Under the pieces are notes generated by a model, which was not told the origin of the DNA, did no database searches, and saw only the letters and a list, made by a program, of their open reading frames with translations. This document shows positions 50,151 to 58,373 of a DNA stretch of 64,000 bases, in pieces; position 1 is the first letter of the stretch; every line of letters begins with the position of its first letter. A program made the translations under genes and the position numbers. Origin of the DNA: a virus; the IMG/VR virus record IMGVR_UViG_3300032249_000480, positions 32,001 to 96,000 of that record; one strand, 5' to 3'.

Positions 50151-51933
50151 TTTTTTTGAGGCACTTCAAGATAACAACTTTGAAGAAACCCCAGTAGATG
50201 CAAAAACATTTGTTGAGCATCCAGATTATTTAGGACAGCCACCACTATCAACTATTCAATATGACATAGTTGAAGCAATGAGTCAAATTTATAAAGAAGA
50301 AGACCTTAAAGCAATTATGGGGTATGAAAAGGGTGCTCAGTATTTTAAAAAATATACAAAGAATGAAATCATTTTGCAACTTGGCAAGGGATCTGGAAAA
50401 GACTTTGTATCAACAGTAGCATGTGCATATGTAGTATATAAACTATTATGTCTTAAAGATCCTGCTAGATATTTTGGTAAGCCAGCAGGAGATGCTATTG
50501 ATATTATTAACGTTGCTATTAACGCACAACAGGCTAAGAACGTTTTCTTTAAAGGTTTTAAAAGTAAGATTGAACGCTCACCATGGTTTGCAGGAAAGTA
50601 TGATCCCAAAGTAGATTCTATTGGGTTTGATAAATCTATTACTGTTTATTCTGGTCACTCAGAGCGTGAATCACACGAAGGTTTAAACTTGCTTATGGCA
50701 GTTCTTGATGAGATTTCAGGCTTTGCTTCTGAAGTTGGAACTGGAAATGATCAAGGTAAAACTGCAGAAAATATTTACAAAGCATTTAGTGGTACGGTAG
50801 ATTCTCGTTTTCCTGATCTTGGCAAAATTGTTTTACTTTCATTTCCCCGCTATAACGGAGACTTTATTTCTCAAAGGTATGAAGATGTAATTCTTGAAAA
50901 AGATATTATTGATAAAAGACATACTTATATAATTAATCCTGATTTACCAGAAGATGAAATAGGCAATACACTAGATATTGCTTGGGAAGAAGACCATATT
51001 ATTTCATATAAATACCCTGGAGTTTTTGCTTTAAAAAGACCAACTTGGGAAGTAAATCCTACTCGTAGTATTGAAGATTTTAAGATGGCTTTCTTTAAAG
51101 ATATGGGTGATGCAATGATGCGTTTCCTTTGCACACCAACTTACTCATCAGATGCATTTTTTAAACAAAGAGATAAACTTGAAAAATGTATGACACTTAG
51201 AAATCCTATTGATAATTTTAAAAGGTTTGATGAATCTTTTAAACCAGATCCAGACAAGGTTTATTTTGTTCATGCTGACCTTGCACAAAAACATGACAAG
51301 TGTGCGGTAGCAATTGCTCACGTAGAAAAATGGGTAAACGTACAAGTAATTAATAATTACGAACAAGTAGCACCAATTGTAGTAGTAGATGCAGTAGTAT
51401 ACTGGGAACCAAAAATTGAAGGCCCCGTCAACCTTTCAGAGGTCAAGCAGTGGATTCAAAACCTTAGAAGACTTGGCTTTAATGTTGGAATGGTAACATT
51501 TGACCGTTGGCAATCATTTGATATTCAGCAAGAACTAAAGGCTGTTGGAATAAGAACTGATACTGTTTCTGTTGGTAAAAAACATTATGAAGATTTAGCA
51601 ATGATGATTTATGAAGAGCGTGTAGCAATGCCACATATACAATTATTGCTTGATGAAATGGCAGAATTAAAAATAACAGATAATGGGAAAAGGGTAGATC
51701 ACCCACGCAAAAAATCTAAAGACTTAGCAGATGCTGTATGTGGAGCAGTCTTTGATGCCATTAGTTTTACTAATAAAGATACAAATCTTGAGATTGAAGT
51801 TCACACATGGACTAATACTAAGAAAGATACTCCCCTCTTTGTTGACAGCAAAGGGGACAATGTGATAGACTATAAAGGTAAAGAAATACCTGATGAGGTT
51901 AAAGACTACCTTGACAGATTCAATTTACTATAG
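50131..51933 (+). CDS. terL: Terminase large subunit
   Basis: GKGSGKD Walker A, VLDE Walker B, HADLA, TFDRWQS, DH..SKDLADA nuclease motifs. Confidence 0.92.
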   Translation: MSTKFNDFFEALQDNNFEETPVDAKTFVEHPDYLGQPPLSTIQYDIVEAMSQIYKEEDLKAIMGYEKGAQYFKKYTKNEIILQLGKGSGKDFVSTVACAYVVYKLLCLKDPARYFGKPAGDAIDIINVAINAQQAKNVFFKGFKSKIERSPWFAGKYDPKVDSIGFDKSITVYSGHSERESHEGLNLLMAVLDEISGFASEVGTGNDQGKTAENIYKAFSGTVDSRFPDLGKIVLLSFPRYNGDFISQRYEDVILEKDIIDKRHTYIINPDLPEDEIGNTLDIAWEEDHIISYKYPGVFALKRPTWEVNPTRSIEDFKMAFFKDMGDAMMRFLCTPTYSSDAFFKQRDKLEKCMTLRNPIDNFKRFDESFKPDPDKVYFVHADLAQKHDKCAVAIAHVEKWVNVQVINNYEQVAPIVVVDAVVYWEPKIEGPVNLSEVKQWIQNLRRLGFNVGMVTFDRWQSFDIQQELKAVGIRTDTVSVGKKHYEDLAMMIYEERVAMPHIQLLLDEMAELKITDNGKRVDHPRKKSKDLADAVCGAVFDAISFTNKDTNLEIEVHTWTNTKKDTPLFVDSKGDNVIDYKGKEIPDEVKDYLDRFNLL

Positions 51934-51939
51934 TAAAAT
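51842..51939 (+). promoter_or_regulatory. Two tandem sigmaA-type promoters in the terL 3' end
   Basis: TTGACA(51842)-18-TAGACT and TTGACA(51911)-17-TAAAAT. Confidence 0.7.
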
Positions 51940-51985
51940 AGAGTTATAGTCAAATGACTAGACACAAAACAATATAAGGAGAAAG

Positions 51986-52987
51986 ATGAATTCATTTAAG
52001 AAAGTATCGCTAATCATCGCTGCAGCCCTGACTAGCACAATGCTTGTAGCACCAGCAGCACAAGCAAATTCTGGAACTGTTACATTAACAGTAGCAGGAT
52101 CTGCAGCAACAGGTGGAACAGTAGTAACAACTCCTGTATCACTACCAGTACCAGCAGACAACAGCATTGATGCAGCAGATGCATTAAAAATTGCAGTTAC
52201 TGGTGTAGACACTGGAACTGTAGTAACAGCAGTTGCAGTAAATGCAACAATTGTTCCTGCTCTAGCAACAACTGGAACAGCAGTAACAGCATTTTCTGGA
52301 ACATCAACACTGTCAATTGGGACAGGAACTGGAACATCAGCAGACTTTTATGTATATACTAAAAGTACAGCAGTAGGATCAGTATCTATTACTCGTGCTG
52401 GAACAACAACAGTTTATTATGTTCAAGGTACCGCAGGTGCACTGAACTCAATTACGCTGACCGCTCCTGCATCAGCAGCAGCAGGTACATCACAGGTGCT
52501 TAAAGTATCTGGATTTGACGTGTTTGGTAATCTAAAGAGCGGAGCCACTATCAATACATTGGTTTCAAGTTCTGGAGCAGCACTTGTAACAGCGCTGACA
52601 ACTGACACAGCAACAGCAACACTTGGAACAAAAGAGCAGACAGTAACAATGCCTGCAACTGGTTCAGTAACAGTAGTTGCATATGCAACAGTAGCAACAG
52701 CCGTAACAGGTTTAGCAGCACCAGTAGGTTCTGTAAGTGCTACAATTGCAGTTCGTGATATTGCTGGAGAACTAGCAGCAAAGAATGCAGAAGTTGCTTC
52801 TTTGACGGCACAACTTGCAGCAGAAAAGGCTGGACGTGCAGCAGATAAGGTTGCATCAGATAAGGCGCTTGCAGATGCGAAGGTTGCATCAGATGCAATA
52901 ATTGCCTCTATCAAGAAGTCATTCAACGATCTTGCAAAGAAGTGGAATAAAAAGAATCCACGTGCTAAGGTTACACTTATTAAGTAA
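51986..52987 (+). CDS. Secreted Ala/Thr-rich surface (S-layer-like) protein
   Basis: Signal peptide ending AQA, beta-rich body, coiled coil and basic C terminus; biased codons. Confidence 0.65.
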   Translation: MNSFKKVSLIIAAALTSTMLVAPAAQANSGTVTLTVAGSAATGGTVVTTPVSLPVPADNSIDAADALKIAVTGVDTGTVVTAVAVNATIVPALATTGTAVTAFSGTSTLSIGTGTGTSADFYVYTKSTAVGSVSITRAGTTTVYYVQGTAGALNSITLTAPASAAAGTSQVLKVSGFDVFGNLKSGATINTLVSSSGAALVTALTTDTATATLGTKEQTVTMPATGSVTVVAYATVATAVTGLAAPVGSVSATIAVRDIAGELAAKNAEVASLTAQLAAEKAGRAADKVASDKALADAKVASDAIIASIKKSFNDLAKKWNKKNPRAKVTLIK

Positions 52988-53003
52988 TTAATACTTACAA
53001 TTT

Positions 53004-53032
53004 AGGGAGTCATTAATTTGACTCCCTTTTTT
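53004..53032 (+). terminator. Intrinsic terminator
   Basis: AGGGAGTCA-ttaatt-TGACTCCCT then T-run. Confidence 0.88.
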
Positions 53033-53096
53033 GTATAATAAAATGATATAATAAGCCTAGTAGTCATAACACCACGCTGATTACAAGGAGAAAAGT

Positions 53097-54530
53097 TTGA
53101 AAAAGTTATTACGTATAGCCCTAATCTTGACCCTAGCATTTTTCCCACTAGTTTTTGCTTTAGATAAAGCAGGGGCAGAAGAAACTCCTACTGTAACAAC
53201 TATAGTAACTCCTGGTGGAGACGATGTATCTTATCAAATCCCACTAACAGTAACAGTTGTTTATGACGGTGTTACGTATGAAAGGGTTTATGCTACGACT
53301 AATTCTGTTATCACATTTGGAAGACCTGATGGAACATACTGGGATTATCCATTAACTCCATCTATATCAATTGAATCTCGTGATTGGTGGGCTTTGCCAC
53401 AACAGATGCCAGATACTCATTTTATTATTAATGTTAGTGATGGTGGATTTCAAGTAGATGGTGCATATCGTCCTTATGGATCTTTTACTGGTGATGTAAC
53501 AAGTATTGTTATTACTGCACAGATTCAGACAGATAATACTGTTGCTTATACATATGCAGTTAATGGACCTTTACAAGGTAATGAAAGAACAGGTGCTCGT
53601 TTAAATAATGGAACAGTTGTACCTTTAGAACAAGCAAATATTATTGAAGTTGTTGTTCCTCCAGTTTTAGAGCCAGAGCCAATTGCTCCAACCCCTACGC
53701 CTACACCAACGCCTGAGCCTACGCCAACCCCTACTCCTACGCCTGAGCCAATCATTCCAGAACCACAACCAATACCAGTGCCTCAACCAGAACCTGTGAT
53801 TCCTGCTCCAAGACCTGAACCAGTTGTAATTCCTGATCCTCCTGCGGTTATTCCTGATCCACCAGTAGTGGAACCTGAGCCTCCAATTGTAGAGCCTGAG
53901 CCTCCAACAGAAGAACCTGAACCACCTACACCTATAGAAGAACCTCCTGCAGAAGCAGAAGAACCTCCAGTAGAGGCTGAAGAACCGCCTTTGGTGGAAG
54001 AAGAAGCCCCTAATTTAGTAGAAGAACCACCTTTAGTGGCAGATGAAAATTCTACTGATGAAGAAAAAGAAATTATTGCTGAGGCTTTAATAGAAGCAGC
54101 AAATGGTGAAGCCATTACTGCAGAGGATATAGCAGAAGCAGGTCTTACTTATGCTGACCTACCATCTCAGACTCCTGTTGAAGTTCGTCAAGATGAAAAT
54201 GGAAACGAAGTAATTATTACGGCTGAAGTTGCAGCAGCGCTTGTGCTACTAGAAAACCCAGCAGAACTAATAAGCGCAATTTTTACTGACCCAGCACAAG
54301 CACTTTTGGCTATAGGAAGCATTGGTGCAGATATGTCTGAAGAAGAGCGTGAAGAAGCAACAGAAATGGTTGTTGCAACAGTTGTAGCAGCAGGTGCAGC
54401 AATAAATGCCGCAGGTGCAGCAGCGGGGGCAGCAACATCCACTGGAGGATCTACTGGAAGTAATTCTGGCGGATCAGGTGGTGGAGGAGCCTCTGGCGAA
54501 TCCAAGGGAGTAAGGAGAAGAAAACCATGA
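53097..54530 (+). CDS. Secreted / membrane-anchored Pro-Glu-rich protein
   Basis: Signal peptide, globular N domain, PT/PEP/EEPP stalk, Ala-rich hydrophobic segment, basic RRRKP end. Confidence 0.75.
   Translation: MKKLLRIALILTLAFFPLVFALDKAGAEETPTVTTIVTPGGDDVSYQIPLTVTVVYDGVTYERVYATTNSVITFGRPDGTYWDYPLTPSISIESRDWWALPQQMPDTHFIINVSDGGFQVDGAYRPYGSFTGDVTSIVITAQIQTDNTVAYTYAVNGPLQGNERTGARLNNGTVVPLEQANIIEVVVPPVLEPEPIAPTPTPTPTPEPTPTPTPTPEPIIPEPQPIPVPQPEPVIPAPRPEPVVIPDPPAVIPDPPVVEPEPPIVEPEPPTEEPEPPTPIEEPPAEAEEPPVEAEEPPLVEEEAPNLVEEPPLVADENSTDEEKEIIAEALIEAANGEAITAEDIAEAGLTYADLPSQTPVEVRQDENGNEVIITAEVAAALVLLENPAELISAIFTDPAQALLAIGSIGADMSEEEREEATEMVVATVVAAGAAINAAGAAAGAATSTGGSTGSNSGGSGGGGASGESKGVRRRKP
53688..54032 (+). 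repeat. Coding low-complexity tandem repeats (PT, PEP, VIPDPP, EEPP)
   Basis: Near-duplicate CCAACCCCTAC..CCTAC..ACGCCTGAGCC units and repeated GAAGAACC. Confidence 0.75.
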
Positions 54531-54697
54531 TAAAAAAAATAGTAAAAGATATGATAGACCAATTGTGGACTCTACTTGGTATGTTTATTGCCTGGGTAGT
54601 CCTTGATGGTTCAGCAAAAACAATAGTAGGTTATGCAATTATAGGAACGTTAGTTGTTTGGGCAATAACTTATCCTATTAGAAATAGAGATGAATAA
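54527..54697 (+). CDS. Small two-TM membrane protein (56 aa, not in ORF track)
   Basis: ATGA overlap, AAGGAG RBS; DQLWTLLGMFIAWVVLDGSAKTIVGYAIIGTLVVWAITYP. Confidence 0.75.
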   Translation: MIKKIVKDMIDQLWTLLGMFIAWVVLDGSAKTIVGYAIIGTLVVWAITYPIRNRDE

Positions 54698-54733
54698 TAG
54701 TATATTTATATATATTATAGAAAGGAGATAAAT

Positions 54734-55030
54734 ATGACTAAGAAAAATATAGAAACAGTAGAGGCACCAACACAAGTTGGATCAGGAGCAATTGCAAGCA
54801 TTAATAATATTATTATGCGTATTATTGCTGTTTTTGCAGCATCAGGACTATCAGTTATTGGCGCTGGCGCAGTTGTTGGAATTGATACAATGAGTGCTGT
54901 TATTCTTGCAGGTACCCTTGGGGTAGCCACAGTAGTTGAAAAACTTGCTCGTGGGTTCCTAGATGATGGAAAACTAACAGTTGCTGAGATAAATGCAGCA
55001 TTCAAAACAGTAGACAAAAAGGCTAATTAA
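54734..55030 (+). CDS. Holin-like membrane protein
   Basis: Two hydrophobic helices, charged C terminus, AAAGGAG RBS. Confidence 0.5.
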   Translation: MTKKNIETVEAPTQVGSGAIASINNIIMRIIAVFAASGLSVIGAGAVVGIDTMSAVILAGTLGVATVVEKLARGFLDDGKLTVAEINAAFKTVDKKAN

Positions 55031-55046
55031 TCATTATTAGCCTTAC

Positions 55047-55105
55047 TTGACTTGCCTTCTCTATTGATGGTATACTTGAAATATACCATTTTGGAGAGGG
55101 CTTTC
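55047..55105 (+). promoter_or_regulatory. Promoter and RBS embedded in a long inverted repeat
   Basis: TTGACT-18-TATACT; GCCTTCTC..ATGGTATA-cttgaaa-TATACCAT..GAGAGGGC then TTTCT. Confidence 0.65.
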
Positions 55106-55106
55106 T

Positions 55107-55634
55107 GTGACTTGTATTGCTGTCGTAAAACAAGATCAAACAATTTATATGGCTGGAGATAGAGGTGCTTCAACAGAAGACTCTATACTAATACTTAAGG
55201 CTCCAAAAGTATTTAAAATAGGACCATATCTTTTTGGTTATGCAGGAACAATGGACGGAGAAAGAATTCGTCATAACTTTAAACCTCCAGTACCAAAACC
55301 TAATGTTAATTTAGATAAGTTTATGTATACAGATTTTCTTATTGCCTTGAGAAATTTTTATGAGGCATGGTGGGTAGACATATCAAAAGATTCTGATTTT
55401 GGAATGATAATTGCAATTAAAGGAAGAATCTTTGAGCATAATGCAGTTGACATGTCGTTAACAGAATACGAAGAAGAATATCTTGCAATGGGTTCAGGTA
55501 GTGATTTTGCTCTTGGATCTTTATGGACAACTCAAAATCAAAAAAATGGTAAAAGAAGAGCACAATTAGCAGTAGAAGCAGCAGTAAAATATTCAACATC
55601 TTGCATTGGACCAGTTGACGTAGTAAGCCTTTAA
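55107..55634 (+). CDS. HslV / proteasome-beta-like Ntn hydrolase
   Basis: N-terminal Thr (MTCIA), AGDR, KVFK, GYAG, AMGSGSDFALG. Confidence 0.8.
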   Translation: MTCIAVVKQDQTIYMAGDRGASTEDSILILKAPKVFKIGPYLFGYAGTMDGERIRHNFKPPVPKPNVNLDKFMYTDFLIALRNFYEAWWVDISKDSDFGMIIAIKGRIFEHNAVDMSLTEYEEEYLAMGSGSDFALGSLWTTQNQKNGKRRAQLAVEAAVKYSTSCIGPVDVVSL

Positions 55635-55649
55635 GGGTATAATTAAAGT

Positions 55650-55832
55650 ATGATCAATGATGAAGATTCTTTAGAGTTTGATATATGGTTAGAAAACGGA
55701 ATTAATCGTGGTTGGATTACAGAACCATTTTGTAATACTCATGATGGAGATCCTTTTATGACAGAAGAAGAGCAACAAGAATGGGAAGATGGTGGGGATC
55801 CCTGCCAAGTAGTATTTAAAATAAAAGAGTAA
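55650..55832 (+). CDS. Small acidic hypothetical protein
   Basis: FCNTHDG..EEQQEWEDGGDPC; TATAAT 6 nt upstream. Confidence 0.65.
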   Translation: MINDEDSLEFDIWLENGINRGWITEPFCNTHDGDPFMTEEEQQEWEDGGDPCQVVFKIKE

Positions 55833-55851
55833 AAGTTTGATATAATATATA

Positions 55852-55900
55852 TGTACTGCCTACGGGGGTACACTAACTTATTCGCTTGAAAGGGGAATAA
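55852..55900 (+). promoter_or_regulatory. Structured hsp20 5' UTR (candidate RNA thermometer)
   Basis: cUACGg-capped hairpin, then a GAAA-capped hairpin pairing the RBS via U-G pairs. Confidence 0.55.
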
Positions 55901-55901
55901 T

Positions 55902-56315
55902 ATGATGAACGATCCATGGGCCATTTTTAATGACCCTTTTTTTATTGGGTTTAATAGAAACCTAACACAACTAAACAATGTATATAAAACAAATAACCAA
56001 TCCTATCCTCCATATGATCTTCTTAAACTAGATGAAGACACATATGTTTTGTCTTTAGCGGTTGCTGGATTTTCTAAAGAAGACATTGATGTATCTGTAG
56101 ACAATGGATCTCTTGTTATTAAAGGAGAGACTGTAGAAGTTACTGATGCTGAAGTGGTTCACAAGGGTATTGCTAATCGTAAGTTTACTCGTACATTTGC
56201 TCTTGGTGAATACATGGAAGTAGTTGGAGCAGAACTAAAAGACGGTATGTTGACAATTAAGATTGATCGTATCGTTCCTGAAGAAAAGAAACCAAAAACA
56301 ATTAAGATAAAGTAG
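55902..56315 (+). CDS. hsp20: Small heat shock protein (Hsp20/IbpA family)
   Basis: YPPYDL, LAVAGF, HKGIANRKFTRTF, AELKDGML.I. Confidence 0.95.
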   Translation: MMNDPWAIFNDPFFIGFNRNLTQLNNVYKTNNQSYPPYDLLKLDEDTYVLSLAVAGFSKEDIDVSVDNGSLVIKGETVEVTDAEVVHKGIANRKFTRTFALGEYMEVVGAELKDGMLTIKIDRIVPEEKKPKTIKIK

Positions 56316-56327
56316 TATAATATAATA

Positions 56328-56414
56328 GTCCCCACACAGGACCTTAGTGATGGATTAGTTACCCATTTATAATGACCGTGGCCTACGTGCCTGAATTACC
56401 TGTGTGGGGCTTTT
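56328..56414 (+). ncRNA. Candidate small structured RNA
   Basis: 11-bp closing stem CCCCACACAGG / CCTGTGTGGGG around a 58-nt interior with sub-hairpins; TATAAT upstream, T-run downstream. Confidence 0.6.
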
Positions 56415-56440
56415 AATTATTCTGATATAATTAGTTTGCT

Positions 56441-56716
56441 ATGACTGACAAAGAGTTAGTTCAATATAATAAACAAGAGTTTAAGCAACGCCTAAAACAA
56501 ATAAAAGAAAAGTCTGGCTGTGTTGATTGTGGAGAAAATAATCATATTGTTTTAGATTTTGATCACTTAAGTAATAAAAAATATAATGTTTCAAGAATGA
56601 TTCATGATGGATTTTCTTGGGCAGCAATTAAAAAAGAAATATCAAAGTGTGAAGTTGTGTGTTCCAATTGTCATAGAATAAGAACTCACAACAGATTGAC
56701 AAAAAAAACTGCTTAG
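56441..56716 (+). CDS. HNH endonuclease (small)
   Basis: CVDC, LDFDH, CEVVCSNCHRIRT. Confidence 0.85.
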   Translation: MTDKELVQYNKQEFKQRLKQIKEKSGCVDCGENNHIVLDFDHLSNKKYNVSRMIHDGFSWAAIKKEISKCEVVCSNCHRIRTHNRLTKKTA

Positions 56717-56724
56717 TGTATAAT
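56696..56724 (+). promoter_or_regulatory. Consensus sigmaA-type promoter before the endolysin
   Basis: TTGACA-17 nt-TATAAT. Confidence 0.8.
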
Positions 56725-56749
56725 AGATTATAAGCATAGGAGGCTTAAC

Positions 56750-57382
56750 ATGGCAATTAAAGGATCAGTAGAAGCAATCATTGAAGTTGCAAAAAAAGAA
56801 GTTGGGACAATTGAAGGTCCAAAAGATAATGAAACAAAGTATGGTAAGTGGACTGGTATGAATTTTCAACCATGGTGTCAATCATTTGTTTCTTGGTGTG
56901 CATTTACATCAGGACTAGACCCAAAGAAATATCCAAAGTCTGCATCAACAGTCGCAGCATCTGATTGGTTTAAAAAGAATAATCGTTGGGCAGATGCACG
57001 TAATGATGATCCAACTCCAGGAGATTGGATTTATTTTGATTTTCCAGAAGATGGTGTTAATAGAATTTCTCATGTTGGTATTTGCATTAAGAACAATGGA
57101 GATGGAACCATTCAAGTTATTGAAGGAAACACTTCTGGAACTGCAAAGGGGGATCAGAGAAACGGCGGAATGTGCGTTGAGAAGACTCGTGCATATGTAA
57201 AGAATAATGGAAAGAAGTTAATTAATGGTGTTGTTGCTTGGGGTCGCCCAGTTTATGCTGGTGAAGAAAATGTTCAATTACTAAACAAGTTAGCAGCACC
57301 TGCTAAGTCTACATCTGAAACTGCTACTAAGAAGGCTGCTAAGAAGACATCTGGCAGCGGTAAAGTTAGTCAAGTAAAGTAA
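56750..57382 (+). CDS. CHAP-domain cell-wall hydrolase (endolysin)
   Basis: QPWCQSFVSWC, PGDWIYF, HVGI, IEGNT; Lys/Ala-rich tail. Confidence 0.88.
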   Translation: MAIKGSVEAIIEVAKKEVGTIEGPKDNETKYGKWTGMNFQPWCQSFVSWCAFTSGLDPKKYPKSASTVAASDWFKKNNRWADARNDDPTPGDWIYFDFPEDGVNRISHVGICIKNNGDGTIQVIEGNTSGTAKGDQRNGGMCVEKTRAYVKNNGKKLINGVVAWGRPVYAGEENVQLLNKLAAPAKSTSETATKKAAKKTSGSGKVSQVK

Positions 57383-57583
57383 ATGGAATCAACAAAGAGA
57401 ACATTGCTTAAAACAGCAAGTTGGGAAACTTTTCACCTTGTTGGTGTAGCAGGAGTAATTTATTTATTTACTGGTGAATGGGAATACGCAAGCCTTGGAG
57501 CATTACTATACATTGGTTGGGAAGCACTTGGATACTTTCTTCATGAAAGAGTATGGGCAAAGTTTGGTAAAAAAATTAAATGA
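57383..57583 (+). CDS. DUF2061-family membrane protein
   Basis: ESTKRTLLKTASW...YFLHERVW. Confidence 0.8.
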   Translation: MESTKRTLLKTASWETFHLVGVAGVIYLFTGEWEYASLGALLYIGWEALGYFLHERVWAKFGKKIK

Positions 57584-58212
57584 GCAATGTTCCAGATAAT
57601 ATTTACATAGATCATATAAAAAAAATTGGAAAAGATGTTAAAAATATAAATGTTTTTGAAAATTTTTTAAATGATGAAGATTATAATTATCTGTATGAAG
57701 AATGTTTAAATTCAGAATGGTCTGAAAATTACAGGCAAAATCTTAGAAAAGATAAAACAATTTTAAGCAATAACGCAAAACAAATATTTAAAAATGTTGC
57801 AAATATTTTAAGTAATAAAATAAAAGAAATTTATAATGTAGATGTTTCAATATCAAGTGAACCATTTTTAATAAGATGGGATATGGGTTCTGAAATGGGC
57901 GAACATATTGACGATTTTTCTGTTTTTCATTATCATTTTGCTGCTATTTTGTATTTAAATGATAACTACTCTGGAGGAGAAATATGCTTTCCAGATTATA
58001 ACCTTACAATTAAACCAAAAGGAAACTCTTTAGTTTTATTTCCTGGCAATAAATATTATTCTCATGAAGTATTAAAAAATACATCTGGAGAAAGATACAC
58101 TATGCCAATGTGGTTTAAGTTAAATGATTCTGATTTTCAAGGAACTGGAACTGCATTTAACCTTATAGATATAAACGATTATAAATATAATAATTGGGAA
58201 AACAAAATATAG
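57580..58212 (+). CDS. Prolyl-4-hydroxylase-like 2OG-Fe(II) oxygenase
   Basis: HID, ILYLNDNYSGGEICFP, FPG...HEV..TSGERY. Confidence 0.88.
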   Translation: MSNVPDNIYIDHIKKIGKDVKNINVFENFLNDEDYNYLYEECLNSEWSENYRQNLRKDKTILSNNAKQIFKNVANILSNKIKEIYNVDVSISSEPFLIRWDMGSEMGEHIDDFSVFHYHFAAILYLNDNYSGGEICFPDYNLTIKPKGNSLVLFPGNKYYSHEVLKNTSGERYTMPMWFKLNDSDFQGTGTAFNLIDINDYKYNNWENKI

Positions 58213-58229
58213 AAATGGAGAAATAAATA

Positions 58230-58373
58230 ATGGGAAAGCATAACGATAAAATTAAAAAGGCATTGGAGCAAAGAATTGCTGCAACTCCTAATAAAGGTGG
58301 CTACAAGATTCCAGGATCAATGAATAAAAAGAAAACTGGATATCGTGGAATTAAGGCAAACAACGCAAGATAA
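58230..58373 (+). CDS. Small basic protein (47 aa, not in ORF track)
   Basis: GGAG RBS; MGKHNDKIKKALEQRIAATPNKGGYKIPGSMNKKKTGYRGIKANNAR. Confidence 0.65.
   Translation: MGKHNDKIKKALEQRIAATPNKGGYKIPGSMNKKKTGYRGIKANNAR

Noticed and set aside
52423-54562. Several 70-170 aa minus-strand ORFs
   Set aside because: Mirror frames of Ala- and Pro-rich repetitive + strand genes
56328-56414. tRNA or true rRNA fragment
   Set aside because: No cloverleaf, T-loop or CCA; rRNA similarity is limited to two short loops, so it is kept only as a candidate ncRNA
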